In this document: positions 1-7,331 of the stretch, piece by piece
How the letters are laid out: the number at the start of each line of letters is the position of its first letter
Numbering within the stretch: the first letter of the stretch is position 1
Assembly (NCBI RefSeq): GCF_000007145.1
Contig: NC_003902.1
Span: 1,147,436 to 1,179,435 of the forward strand
Source of the DNA: Xanthomonas campestris pv. campestris str. ATCC 33913
Lineage (GTDB): Bacteria; Pseudomonadota; Gammaproteobacteria; Xanthomonadales; Xanthomonadaceae
Reading direction: 5' to 3'
Length of the DNA: 32,000 nucleotides
Program-made: the position numbers and the translations under genes
Notes under the pieces: generated by a model
What the model was told of the DNA's origin: nothing
Seen by the model: the letters and a program-made list of their open reading frames with translations, nothing else
Databases searched by the model: none

Positions 1-5
1 CGCTG

Positions 6-1037
6 ATGGGTGCCCTGATGCTGCCGGACCTGAGCGCCGCACCGATGCAGGACCGCTACGGCCGGCCGCTGCGCGACCTGCGCTTGTCGGTGATCGAGGC
101 CTGCAATTTTCGCTGTGGCTACTGCATGCCCGCCGACCGCGTGCCGGACGATTACGGGCTGGACGCTGACCAGCGGCTGAGCTTTGACCAGTTGGAAACC
201 CTGGTGCGCGCCTTCGTGGCGGTAGGCGTGACCAAGCTGCGCCTGACCGGCGGCGAGCCGTTGTTGCGCAAGAACCTGCCGGTGCTGATCCAGCGCCTGG
301 CGGCGATCGAGGGCATCGAGGACCTGGCGCTGACCACCAATGGAGCGCTGCTGGCGCGCCAGGCCGTGGCCCTGCGCCAGGCCGGGCTGCGCCGCATCAC
401 CGTGAGCATGGATGCGCTGGAGCCTGCGCTGTTCCGCCAGATGAGTGGCGGGCGTGGGGAGATCGACCAGGTGCTGGCCGGCATTGCCGCGGCCGAGCAG
501 GCCGGGTTCAAGCGCCTGAAGATCAATTGCGTGGTGCAGCGCGACGTCAACGAAGACCAGGTGCTGCCGTTGGTCGAGCACTTCCGTGGCACCGGGCATG
601 TGTTGCGTTTCATCGAATTCATGGATGTGGGCAGCTGCAATGGCTGGCGGCCCGAGGCGGTGGTGACCTCCGCGCAGTTGCGCGACCGGATCCATGCGCG
701 GTGGCCGTTGGCGCCGCTGGATGCCAACTACACCGGCGAAGTGGCGCAGCGGCACGCATTTGCCGACGGGCTGGGCGAGGTGGGCTTTGTCAGTTCGGTC
801 AGCGTGCCGTTTTGCGGCGATTGCCAGCGCGCGCGCGTCTCTGCCGATGGGCACCTGTACACCTGCCTGTTTGCCAGCCAGGGGCATGACCTCAAGCCGG
901 CACTGGCCGAGGGCGAGCAGGGCCTGGCCACGCATCTGCGCCAGCGCTGGAGCGTGCGTGCGGACCGCTATAGCGAAGTGCGCGCGTCCACCTCCCGGCG
1001 TCGCAAGCCGGTCGAGATGTTCCTGATCGGCGGGTGA
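6..1037 (+). CDS. moaA: GTP 3',8-cyclase MoaA (radical-SAM, molybdenum cofactor biosynthesis)
   Basis: 343-aa ORF with the radical-SAM motif 'CNFRCGYC' near the N-terminus, a second Cys cluster 'CGDCQRARVSADGHLYTC', and a C-terminal GG. It is followed by moaC/moaD/moaE. The start could be ATG 6, 18 or 42. Confidence 0.93.
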   Translation: MGALMLPDLSAAPMQDRYGRPLRDLRLSVIEACNFRCGYCMPADRVPDDYGLDADQRLSFDQLETLVRAFVAVGVTKLRLTGGEPLLRKNLPVLIQRLAAIEGIEDLALTTNGALLARQAVALRQAGLRRITVSMDALEPALFRQMSGGRGEIDQVLAGIAAAEQAGFKRLKINCVVQRDVNEDQVLPLVEHFRGTGHVLRFIEFMDVGSCNGWRPEAVVTSAQLRDRIHARWPLAPLDANYTGEVAQRHAFADGLGEVGFVSSVSVPFCGDCQRARVSADGHLYTCLFASQGHDLKPALAEGEQGLATHLRQRWSVRADRYSEVRASTSRRRKPVEMFLIGG

Positions 1038-1052
1038 GCGCTGCTGACGCAG

Positions 1053-1406
1053 TTGCGCGACATGGAGCTGCGTCTGCTCGATCCACAGGTACGTGGCTCA
1101 GCGGCCGAACTGGAGACGTTGCTGGATCCCGCGTTCGTCGAGTTCGGTGCCTCGGGCCGGTGCTACACGCGCGGGGAGGTCATCGCCGCATTGACCACCA
1201 GTGCGGCGGCTGCCGATTACGTGACCGACGACTTCAGCTGCGTGCTGCTGGCCCCACAGCTGGCGCAGCTGCGCTATCGCACCCGCGTGCACGCCGACGG
1301 CGTGGTGCGGTGTGCCCTGCGCAGTTCGCTATGGCGCCTGGATGGTGCGCGCTGGCGGATGCTGTTCCATCAAGCCACCCCGTTCACCGACAATCCCGCA
1401 TCCTGA
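1053..1406 (+). CDS. small NTF2-fold protein (DUF4440/SnoaL-like) embedded in the moa operon
   Basis: 117-aa ORF filling the gap between moaA and moaC in the same orientation. The sequence ('LLDPAFVEFGASGRCYTRGEVIAAL ... WRLDGARWRMLFHQATP') resembles DUF4440-type proteins. The family assignment is from memory only. Confidence 0.6.
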   Translation: MRDMELRLLDPQVRGSAAELETLLDPAFVEFGASGRCYTRGEVIAALTTSAAAADYVTDDFSCVLLAPQLAQLRYRTRVHADGVVRCALRSSLWRLDGARWRMLFHQATPFTDNPAS

Positions 1407-1430
1407 CGTTCTGTTCCCGTGTCGTTTCCC

Positions 1431-1928
1431 ATGCCAGCAAAGACCACTTCCGCACGTCTCACCCACCTGGACGACGCCGGGCTGCCCACCATGGTGGACG
1501 TCTCGGACAAGCAAGTCACCGCACGCAGTGCCACCGCGGAGAGCCGCGTGCACTTTCCAGCGGCCGTGGCAGCGCAACTGCGCGCCAACGGCTTGCGCAG
1601 CGCCAAGGGCGGCATCGTGGAGACGGCGGTGATCGCCGGCACCATGGCGGTCAAGCGCACGCACGAGCTGATTCCGTTCTGCCATCCGCTGCCCATCGAT
1701 GGCTGCCGCTTCGAGATCGATTGGGCGGGCGCGCAGGTGCTGCAGATCGTCTGCACGGTGCGCTGCGTACACCGCACGGGCGTGGAGATGGAAGCACTGA
1801 CCGGTGCCAGCGTGGCGGCGTTGACGGTCTACGACATGTGCAAGGCGCTCTCGCACACCATGCGGATCGGCCCAACCAAATTGTTGTCCAAACGCGGCGG
1901 CAAGCGCGATATCGGAGCTGCACGATGA
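1431..1928 (+). CDS. moaC: cyclic pyranopterin monophosphate synthase MoaC
   Basis: Translation contains 'MVDVSDK', '[19 protein letters not shown]' and '[24 protein letters not shown]', typical of MoaC. The ORF opens at GTG 1419; ATG 1431 is preferred. Confidence 0.92.
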   Translation: MPAKTTSARLTHLDDAGLPTMVDVSDKQVTARSATAESRVHFPAAVAAQLRANGLRSAKGGIVETAVIAGTMAVKRTHELIPFCHPLPIDGCRFEIDWAGAQVLQIVCTVRCVHRTGVEMEALTGASVAALTVYDMCKALSHTMRIGPTKLLSKRGGKRDIGAAR

Positions 1929-2170
1929 GCGCCACCATCACCGTGCTGTATTTCGCCAGCTTGCGCGAGGCTGCCGGCATCGCCAGCGAGCAGGTGCATT
2001 CGGGTGCAGCCGATTTGCGCGGCGTGTATGCGGAACTGGATGCACGGCACGGGCTGCGCTGGACGCCGGCGCAGTTACGCGTGGCCGTGGACGGCGCATT
2101 CGCGCGCTGGGACGACCCGCTGCGCGATGGCAGCGAAGTGGTCTTCATTCCGCCGGTCTCTGGAGGTTGA
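1925..2170 (+). CDS. moaD: molybdopterin synthase sulfur-carrier subunit MoaD
   Basis: 81-aa product '[18 protein letters not shown]...[10 protein letters not shown]' has a ubiquitin-like fold signature and a C-terminal GG. ATG 1925 overlaps the moaC stop (ATGA). It lies inside the spurious 378-aa ORF 1034..2170. Confidence 0.9.
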   Translation: MSATITVLYFASLREAAGIASEQVHSGAADLRGVYAELDARHGLRWTPAQLRVAVDGAFARWDDPLRDGSEVVFIPPVSGG

Positions 2171-2172
2171 GC

Positions 2173-2610
2173 ATGCATGAGCAGATCAGGCCGAGCTTCG
2201 CGCTGTCAGACGCGCCCCTGCAGGTGGAAGCGTTGCGGCAGGCACTGGAGCACCCGCGCGCTGGTGCGTTTGCGAGCTTCGAGGGTTGGGTGCGCAACCA
2301 TAACGATGGCCGCAGCGTTGCCGGGCTGCGCTACGAAGCCTATGCCGCGCTCGCTCAGGCCGAAGGGCAGCGTGTGCTAGACGAGGCGATGACGCGGTTC
2401 TCCATCCTGCAGGCGCAGTGCGTGCATCGCGTGGGCGAGCTGGGCATCGGCGAAATGGCGGTGTGGGTTGGCGTCAGCGCGGCGCACCGTGGCGCCGCAT
2501 TCGAGGCGTGCCGCTTCATCATCGACGAGGTCAAGGCGCGCGTGCCGATCTGGAAGCACGAGCACTACCTGGAAGGCGATGCGGGCTGGCTGCATCCGGA
2601 GTCGCAGTAA
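2173..2610 (+). CDS. moaE: molybdopterin synthase catalytic subunit MoaE
   Basis: Translation contains 'FEGWVRNHNDGR', 'LRYEAY' and 'PIWKHEHY', typical of MoaE. GGAGG at 2162-2166 precedes ATG 2173; the ORF track opens at TTG 2167. Confidence 0.92.
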   Translation: MHEQIRPSFALSDAPLQVEALRQALEHPRAGAFASFEGWVRNHNDGRSVAGLRYEAYAALAQAEGQRVLDEAMTRFSILQAQCVHRVGELGIGEMAVWVGVSAAHRGAAFEACRFIIDEVKARVPIWKHEHYLEGDAGWLHPESQ

Positions 2611-2744
2611 GGCAATGCCTCACCTGCGGTGCATCTGCCAGGCGAGCGCGGCTGGTGTTTGAATCGACAGGTGCCCGCGCGGGTGGGTTCCTCTGCGGCA
2701 CCGCAATTCTGTCGCGCCCTCTGCGGGCCGCGCCAAGACTCACC

Positions 2745-2773
2745 TTGTTAAAGCCGCGCGCGACAGCTAGAAT
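2745..2773 (+). promoter_or_regulatory. candidate sigma-70 promoter for tRNA-Ser
   Basis: TTGTTA (2745-2750), a 17-nt spacer, then TAGAAT (2768-2773), about 38 nt upstream of the tRNA 5' end. Confidence 0.35.
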
Positions 2774-2810
2774 TCCGCTTCTGTCGACGGCCAGGCCGCC
2801 CGACAGGCAC

Positions 2811-2903
2811 GGAGAGGTGTCCGAGTGGTTGAAGGAGCACGCCTGGAAAGTGTGTAAGCGTCTAAACCGCGCTTCGGGGGTTCGAATCCCCCTCTCTCCG
2901 CCA
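2811..2903 (+). tRNA. tRNA-Ser (anticodon GGA), long variable arm, encoded CCA
   Basis: The acceptor GGAGAGG pairs with TCTCTCC, followed by discriminator G and CCA. The D-arm is 'GTCCGAGTGGTTGAAGGAGC', the anticodon loop is 'CTGGAAA', and the T-arm is GGGGG-TTCGAAT-CCCCC. Confidence 0.93.
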
Positions 2904-2977
2904 GTTTCATGATGTCTGCGTTGCGCGCTTGTGCACGTTGCCGACATCCAGGGCCACGCCGGTGGCCCACGTCTTAT

Positions 2978-3090
2978 GGTGGCCCCGTCGGTCCCTCGCG
3001 ACGCTAGATCGAAAATCCCGCCAGGGCCGGAAGGCAGCAACGGTATCGATTGATGCGGGCGCCGAGGTCAACCGGCGGGGACACCACCCC
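2978..3090 (+). ncRNA. ffs: signal recognition particle RNA (4.5S-type, small bacterial SRP RNA)
   Basis: The domain IV core 'CCAGGGCCGGAAGGCAGCAACGG' matches the conserved CAGG-NCC-GGAA-GGN-AGCA pattern around the GGAA tetraloop. The termini pair as a long rod: 5' GGTGG/CCCCGTCGGT with 3' ACCGGCGGGG/CCACC. It sits directly upstream of dnaX, a common position for this gene. The ends are approximate (+/-5 nt). Confidence 0.75.
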
Positions 3091-3258
3091 ACTCAGGTCC
3101 GATGCCGCAGCGACAGCTGGCGCTGCGCGCGCGTCACGCTGCCGGCACTGTGCCGCTGTCGATCCGACCGGTGCGTGTCTGCGGCCGACGGCCCTTCGCT
3201 GAACGATCAAGAGTGCGCGGCGTGGCACAATATCGGTTCAACGTTCGCTGGTTTCCCG

Positions 3259-5220
3259 ATGTCCTATCTCGTTCTCGCCCGTAAGTGGCGCCCGAAGCGT
3301 TTTGCCGAACTCGTTGGCCAGGAACACGTGGTCCGCGCGCTCAGCAATGCGCTCGACAGTGGCCGCGTGCACCACGCGTTCCTGTTCACCGGCACCCGCG
3401 GCGTGGGCAAGACCACCATCGCGCGCATTTTCGCCAAATCGCTGAACTGCGAGACGGGCACCAGTGCCGATCCGTGCGGCACGTGCCCGGCCTGTCTGGA
3501 CATCGATGCCGGGCGTTATATCGACCTGCTGGAGATCGACGCCGCATCCAACACCGGCGTGGACGATGTGCGCGAAGTGATTGAAAACGCGCAGTACATG
3601 CCCTCGCGCGGCAAGTTCAAGGTCTACCTGATCGACGAGGTGCACATGCTCTCCAAGGCAGCGTTCAATGCGCTGCTGAAGACGCTGGAAGAGCCGCCGG
3701 AACACGTGAAATTCCTGCTGGCCACCACCGACCCGCAAAAGCTGCCGGTGACGGTGCTGTCGCGCTGCCTGCAGTTCAACCTCAAGCGGCTGGACGAAGA
3801 CCAGATCCAGGGCCAGATGACCCGCATCCTGGCAGCCGAGGAAATCGAGTCGGACCCGTCGGCGATCGTGCAGTTATCCAAGGCGGCCGATGGCTCGCTG
3901 CGTGACGGGCTGTCCTTGCTCGACCAGGCCATCGCCTATGCCGGCGGTGCGCTGCGCGAAGACGTGGTGCGCACCATGCTGGGCACGGTCGACCGCACCC
4001 AGGTCGGCGCGATGTTGCAGGCGCTGTCCGATGGGGACGGCGCGCAGTTGTTGAAGGTGGTTGCCGCGTTGGCGGAATTCTCGCCGGACTGGAGCGGCGT
4101 GCTGGAGGCGCTGGCGGAGGCACTGCATCGCATCCAGGTGCAGCAGCTGGTGCCGTCGGTGGCGTTCGTGGGCGATGGCATCGACCCGACCGGCTTTGCC
4201 GCGCAGCTGCGGCCGGAAGTGGTGCAGCTCTGGTACCAGATGGCGCTCAACGGGCGCCGCGATCTGTACCTGGCGCCGAGTCCGCGCGCCGGGTTTGAAA
4301 TGGCCGTGCTGCGCATGCTCGCCTTCCGGCCGGCTGCCGCGGTGCCGGCCGGCAGCGGCGACGATGGACGTGGCGCCAGCGCCGGCGGCCACACGCGTGG
4401 AACGGCCACCGGCGTGCAGGCGGCGCCTGCGGCCGCCGCACCTGCACGGGCGGCGACGTCGGCCAAGGCAGCCGACGTCAGCCCGGCCCCCGTGGTGTCC
4501 GCACCGCCCGTCGCTGCCGCGCCATCGCCGGTGGTGGTGTTGCCCACGGCCGCGGCCGAACCTGCGCCGTCAGCGCCGCCTGCGCGCACGGATGACACAC
4601 CGCCGTGGGCGGTGGACGACGCACCGGTGCGTGCACAGGCTGCACCGCAACGTGCCACTGCCGAGGTGCCTGCTGCTGTGCCGTTAATGGCGCCGGAAGC
4701 GGCCATGGCGCTGCCTGCGACCGTGGCCGACGACGCGGCGCCTGCTGCCATGGATGCGGTGGTGCCTGTGGCCCCGCCGTCTGCGCCCGCGCCGGTGACA
4801 CCGCCGGCCGCTACGTTCGACGACGGACACATCGCCGATGCCGAGCAATGGCTGGAGCTGGTCACGCGCAGCGGTCTGAATGGCCCCTCGCGCCAGCTCG
4901 CTGCCAATGCGGCTTTCATCGGCCATCGCGACGGCGTGCTGCGCCTGGCGCTGGCGCCGGGCTTTGAATATCTCAACTCCGAACGTTCCATCGCCAATCT
5001 TGCGCAGGCGCTGGCGCCAGAGTTGGGCAACACGCCGCGCATCGTGATCGAGACCGGCAGCGCCGATGTCGAGACCCTGCACGAGCGCGCCAATCGCCAG
5101 AAAGGCGAGCGCCAGAGTGCGGCCGAAACCGCCTTCATGAATGACCCGAATGTGCAGCAGCTGATTCAGCAGCAGGGCGCGCGGGTCGTTCCCGATTCCA
5201 TCCGCCCTTACGACGAGTAA
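3259..5220 (+). CDS. dnaX: DNA polymerase III subunits gamma/tau
   Basis: 'MSYLVLARKWRPKRFAELVGQEHV', Walker A 'GTRGVGKTT', a Zn module 'CETGTSADPCGTCPAC', 'LKTLEEPP' and 'SRC'. A long Ala/Pro-rich linker spans roughly 4330-4800. ATG 3259 is chosen because the upstream part of ORF 2929..5220 covers ffs. Confidence 0.95.
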   Translation: MSYLVLARKWRPKRFAELVGQEHVVRALSNALDSGRVHHAFLFTGTRGVGKTTIARIFAKSLNCETGTSADPCGTCPACLDIDAGRYIDLLEIDAASNTGVDDVREVIENAQYMPSRGKFKVYLIDEVHMLSKAAFNALLKTLEEPPEHVKFLLATTDPQKLPVTVLSRCLQFNLKRLDEDQIQGQMTRILAAEEIESDPSAIVQLSKAADGSLRDGLSLLDQAIAYAGGALREDVVRTMLGTVDRTQVGAMLQALSDGDGAQLLKVVAALAEFSPDWSGVLEALAEALHRIQVQQLVPSVAFVGDGIDPTGFAAQLRPEVVQLWYQMALNGRRDLYLAPSPRAGFEMAVLRMLAFRPAAAVPAGSGDDGRGASAGGHTRGTATGVQAAPAAAAPARAATSAKAADVSPAPVVSAPPVAAAPSPVVVLPTAAAEPAPSAPPARTDDTPPWAVDDAPVRAQAAPQRATAEVPAAVPLMAPEAAMALPATVADDAAPAAMDAVVPVAPPSAPAPVTPPAATFDDGHIADAEQWLELVTRSGLNGPSRQLAANAAFIGHRDGVLRLALAPGFEYLNSERSIANLAQALAPELGNTPRIVIETGSADVETLHERANRQKGERQSAAETAFMNDPNVQQLIQQQGARVVPDSIRPYDE

Positions 5221-5226
5221 CCCCGC

Positions 5227-5547
5227 ATGCGTGGAAATATTGCCCAACTGATGCAGCAGGCGCAGAAGATGCAGGAAAACCTGCAGCGCGCCCAGGAAGA
5301 ACTGGCCAAGCTGGAAGTCACCGGCAGCGCCGGCGGCGGCATGGTCAGCGTAACGCTCACCGGTGCCAAGGAATGCCGCAAGGTGCGCATCGACCCGAGC
5401 ATCCTCTCCGACCAGGAGATGGCCGAGGATCTGATCGCCGCCGCCTTCAACGACGCCTCCAACAAGATCGATGCCGAATCCAAGGAGCGCATGGGCTCGG
5501 CCACGGCCGGCATGCAGTTGCCGCCTGGCATGAAGCTGCCGTTCTGA
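5227..5547 (+). CDS. ybaB: nucleoid-associated protein YbaB/EbfC
   Basis: 106-aa protein '[46 protein letters not shown]...' in the conserved dnaX-ybaB-recR order. Confidence 0.93.
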   Translation: MRGNIAQLMQQAQKMQENLQRAQEELAKLEVTGSAGGGMVSVTLTGAKECRKVRIDPSILSDQEMAEDLIAAAFNDASNKIDAESKERMGSATAGMQLPPGMKLPF

Positions 5548-5553
5548 GAGGCT

Positions 5554-5637
5554 GGGAATCGGGAGTAGGGAATCGGGAATCGTGAAGCAACCTGCACCTT
5601 TGCTCTTGCGATTCCCCAATCCCCATTCCCGATTCCC
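5554..5637. repeat. REP-like imperfect palindrome built from GGGAATC-type heptads (copy 1)
   Basis: The left arm 'GGGAATCGGGAGTAGGGAATCGGGAATCGTGAAGC' faces the right arm 'GCTCTTGCGATTCCCCAATCCCCATTCCCGATTCCC'. The element fills the whole ybaB-recR spacer. Confidence 0.8.
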
Positions 5638-5643
5638 GAGCAC

Positions 5644-6237
5644 ATGTCCTCCCTTCTAGAACAACTGATCGAAGCCTTCCGGGTGCTGCCCGGTGTGGGT
5701 CAGAAGTCGGCGCAGCGCATGGCGTACCACGTGCTCGAGCGTGAGCGCGAGGGTGGGCGGCGGCTGGCGGCGGCGTTGGCCAATGCGGTGGAGAAGGTGG
5801 GCCATTGCGTGCAATGCCGCGACTTCACCGAGTCGGAGGTGTGCGCGATCTGCGCCAATTCCGGCCGTGATCGGCAGCAGCTGTGCGTGGTGGAATCGCC
5901 CGCCGATCGCCTGGCGATCGAGCACGCCACCGGCTACCGCGGGGTGTATTTCATCCTGCAGGGGCGTTTGTCGCCGCTGGATGGTATCGGCCCGCGTGAG
6001 TTGGGGCTGGACCGCCTGGCCGAGCGTCTGGCAGCGGGCGAGGTCACCGAAATGATCATCGCCACCAACGCCACCGTCGAGGGCGAGGCCACCGCGCATT
6101 ACCTGGCGCAACTGGCCCGCCAACACAGCGTGCGCCCCAGCCGGCTTGCACAAGGCATGCCGCTGGGCGGCGAGCTGGAGTACGTGGATCGCGGCACGCT
6201 GTCGCATGCCTTCGGCACGCGTAGTGAGGTGCTTTAA
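5644..6237 (+). CDS. recR: recombination protein RecR
   Basis: '[24 protein letters not shown]' (HhH), a Cys4 Zn finger '[16 protein letters not shown]', and a Toprim region. Confidence 0.95.
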   Translation: MSSLLEQLIEAFRVLPGVGQKSAQRMAYHVLEREREGGRRLAAALANAVEKVGHCVQCRDFTESEVCAICANSGRDRQQLCVVESPADRLAIEHATGYRGVYFILQGRLSPLDGIGPRELGLDRLAERLAAGEVTEMIIATNATVEGEATAHYLAQLARQHSVRPSRLAQGMPLGGELEYVDRGTLSHAFGTRSEVL

Positions 6238-6242
6238 GCGCC

Positions 6243-6337
6243 GGGAATCGTAAGTCGTGAATGGGGAATCGGAGAAGCAAAGTCAGAAGCCCGCGCGGTA
6301 AGCTCTTGCGATTCCCCAATCCCGATTCTCGATTCCC
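6243..6337. repeat. REP-like imperfect palindrome built from GGGAATC-type heptads (copy 2)
   Basis: 'GGGAATCGTAAGTCGTGAATGGGGAATCGGAGAAGC ... GCTCTTGCGATTCCCCAATCCCGATTCTCGATTCCC'. It shares the 'CTCTTGCGATTCCCCAATCCC' core with copy 1 and fills the recR-HIT spacer. Confidence 0.8.
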
Positions 6338-6342
6338 TTCCT

Positions 6343-6693
6343 ATGACCGACACCATTTTCGGCAAGATCATTCGTCGCGAAATTCCCGCCACCATCGTCT
6401 ATGAAGACGACGAGGTGCTGGGATTCGAGGACATCGCACCGCAGGCGCCGGTGCATGTGCTCTTCATTCCCAAGTTGCATGCGATCCCGACCCTGGACGA
6501 TGTACCGCCGGAGCAGGCGCTGCTGGTCGGCAAGTTGGCGCTGGCGGCCGCGGCATATGCGCGCGAAAAAGGGCTAGCGCAGGACGGTTACCGCATTGTC
6601 ATGAACTGCCGCGAGCATGCTGGGCAGACCGTATTCCATATCCATCTGCATCTGCTGGCCGGTGCGCCGCTGGGGCGTTTCGGTACGCCGTGA
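6343..6693 (+). CDS. histidine triad (HIT) nucleotide-binding protein
   Basis: 116-aa protein 'IFGKIIRREIPA', 'PQAPVHVLFIPK', and the HIT motif 'HIHLHLL'. Confidence 0.9.
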   Translation: MTDTIFGKIIRREIPATIVYEDDEVLGFEDIAPQAPVHVLFIPKLHAIPTLDDVPPEQALLVGKLALAAAAYAREKGLAQDGYRIVMNCREHAGQTVFHIHLHLLAGAPLGRFGTP

Positions 6694-6741
6694 TCGATGT
6701 GGTTAGGCCCAGAGGATCCTGCTGCGTCGGACGCCACATAC

Positions 6742-6773
6742 AAAAACGCCGCTCCCTGTGAGCGGCGTTTTTG
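6742..6773. terminator. bidirectional rho-independent terminator between convergent HIT and slp genes
   Basis: 'AAAAACGCCGCTC-CCTGT-GAGCGGCGTTTTT': a GC-rich stem flanked by an A-run and a T-run. Confidence 0.8.
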
Positions 6774-6794
6774 TGTCATCTCAGCAGTGGCTGG

Positions 6795-7331
6795 TTACCA
6801 CCAACCGCGGCCCCAACCGCCACCCCAGCGCGGGCCCCACGGACCCCACGGGTCGCCCCAGGGGCCGTACGGGTAGGCCGGCACCACATCGACCTCGCGC
6901 ACCTGCGGCCACAGGTAGACGACATCGGCGGCCACTTTGGGCAGCTTGTAGTCGTACTCGCCGATCTTGGTGGTTTCGTAGCCTTCGATCTTGCCGATGA
7001 AGGTCACTTCGCGGCCTGGCTCGAACACCGCCGGGTCGTAGAAGCCCGCGCGGCAGGCGAGGAAGCGGCCATCGCTGGCATCCACCGCATTGCGGTCCGG
7101 GCGGCCGCTGGCGTTGAGCGGGCGCGAGATCAGCTCGAAGCAGGTCTGGCCCTGGGCCGGTTTGGTCTGGATGATCTTGCCGCCCCAGCGCACCGAGGTG
7201 CCGACCTGTGCACTGGCGGTCGAGTCGCTCGGGCTGACCGTGGGGAACTGGCCCTGCAACGGCTTGGGCGCCGTGGCACAGGCAGCGAGCCCGAGGACAG
7301 CGATGACTGGAAGAAGAAAACGGGTACTCAT
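6795..7331 (-). CDS. outer-membrane lipoprotein, Slp family, with a Gly/Trp/Pro-rich C-terminal tail
   Basis: Signal peptide plus lipobox 'VLGLAAC'. The Slp-like core is 'VRWGGKIIQ...GRFLACRAGFYDP'. The start ATG overlaps the stop of the upstream transglutaminase gene (ATGA at 7328-7331). Confidence 0.8.
   Translation of the reverse strand: MSTRFLLPVIAVLGLAACATAPKPLQGQFPTVSPSDSTASAQVGTSVRWGGKIIQTKPAQGQTCFELISRPLNASGRPDRNAVDASDGRFLACRAGFYDPAVFEPGREVTFIGKIEGYETTKIGEYDYKLPKVAADVVYLWPQVREVDVVPAYPYGPWGDPWGPWGPRWGGGWGRGWW

Noticed and set aside
1034-1924. The upstream ~890 nt of the 378-aa ORF 1034..2170, which runs across the moa genes.
   Set aside because: It is out of frame with the clearly recognisable DUF4440-like and moaC genes. 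Only its last 81 codons (moaD) are real.
2929-3258. A 110-codon N-terminal extension of the dnaX ORF.
   Set aside because: The extension covers the SRP RNA and has no protein-like character. The conserved DnaX N-terminus 'MSYLVLARKWRPKRF' starts at 3259.
3259-5220. A programmed -1 ribosomal frameshift site in dnaX that would produce gamma, as with A AAA AAG in E. coli.
   Set aside because: I could not find an A-rich slippery heptamer anywhere in the gene by eye, so no frameshift site is claimed. Gamma production by another mechanism cannot be excluded.
5554-6337. The repetitive GGGAATC-type sequences as a CRISPR array.
   Set aside because: There are only two copies, each an internal palindrome, and they are separated by a whole gene (recR). 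There are no regular spacers and no cas genes. They are REP/MITE-like elements instead.
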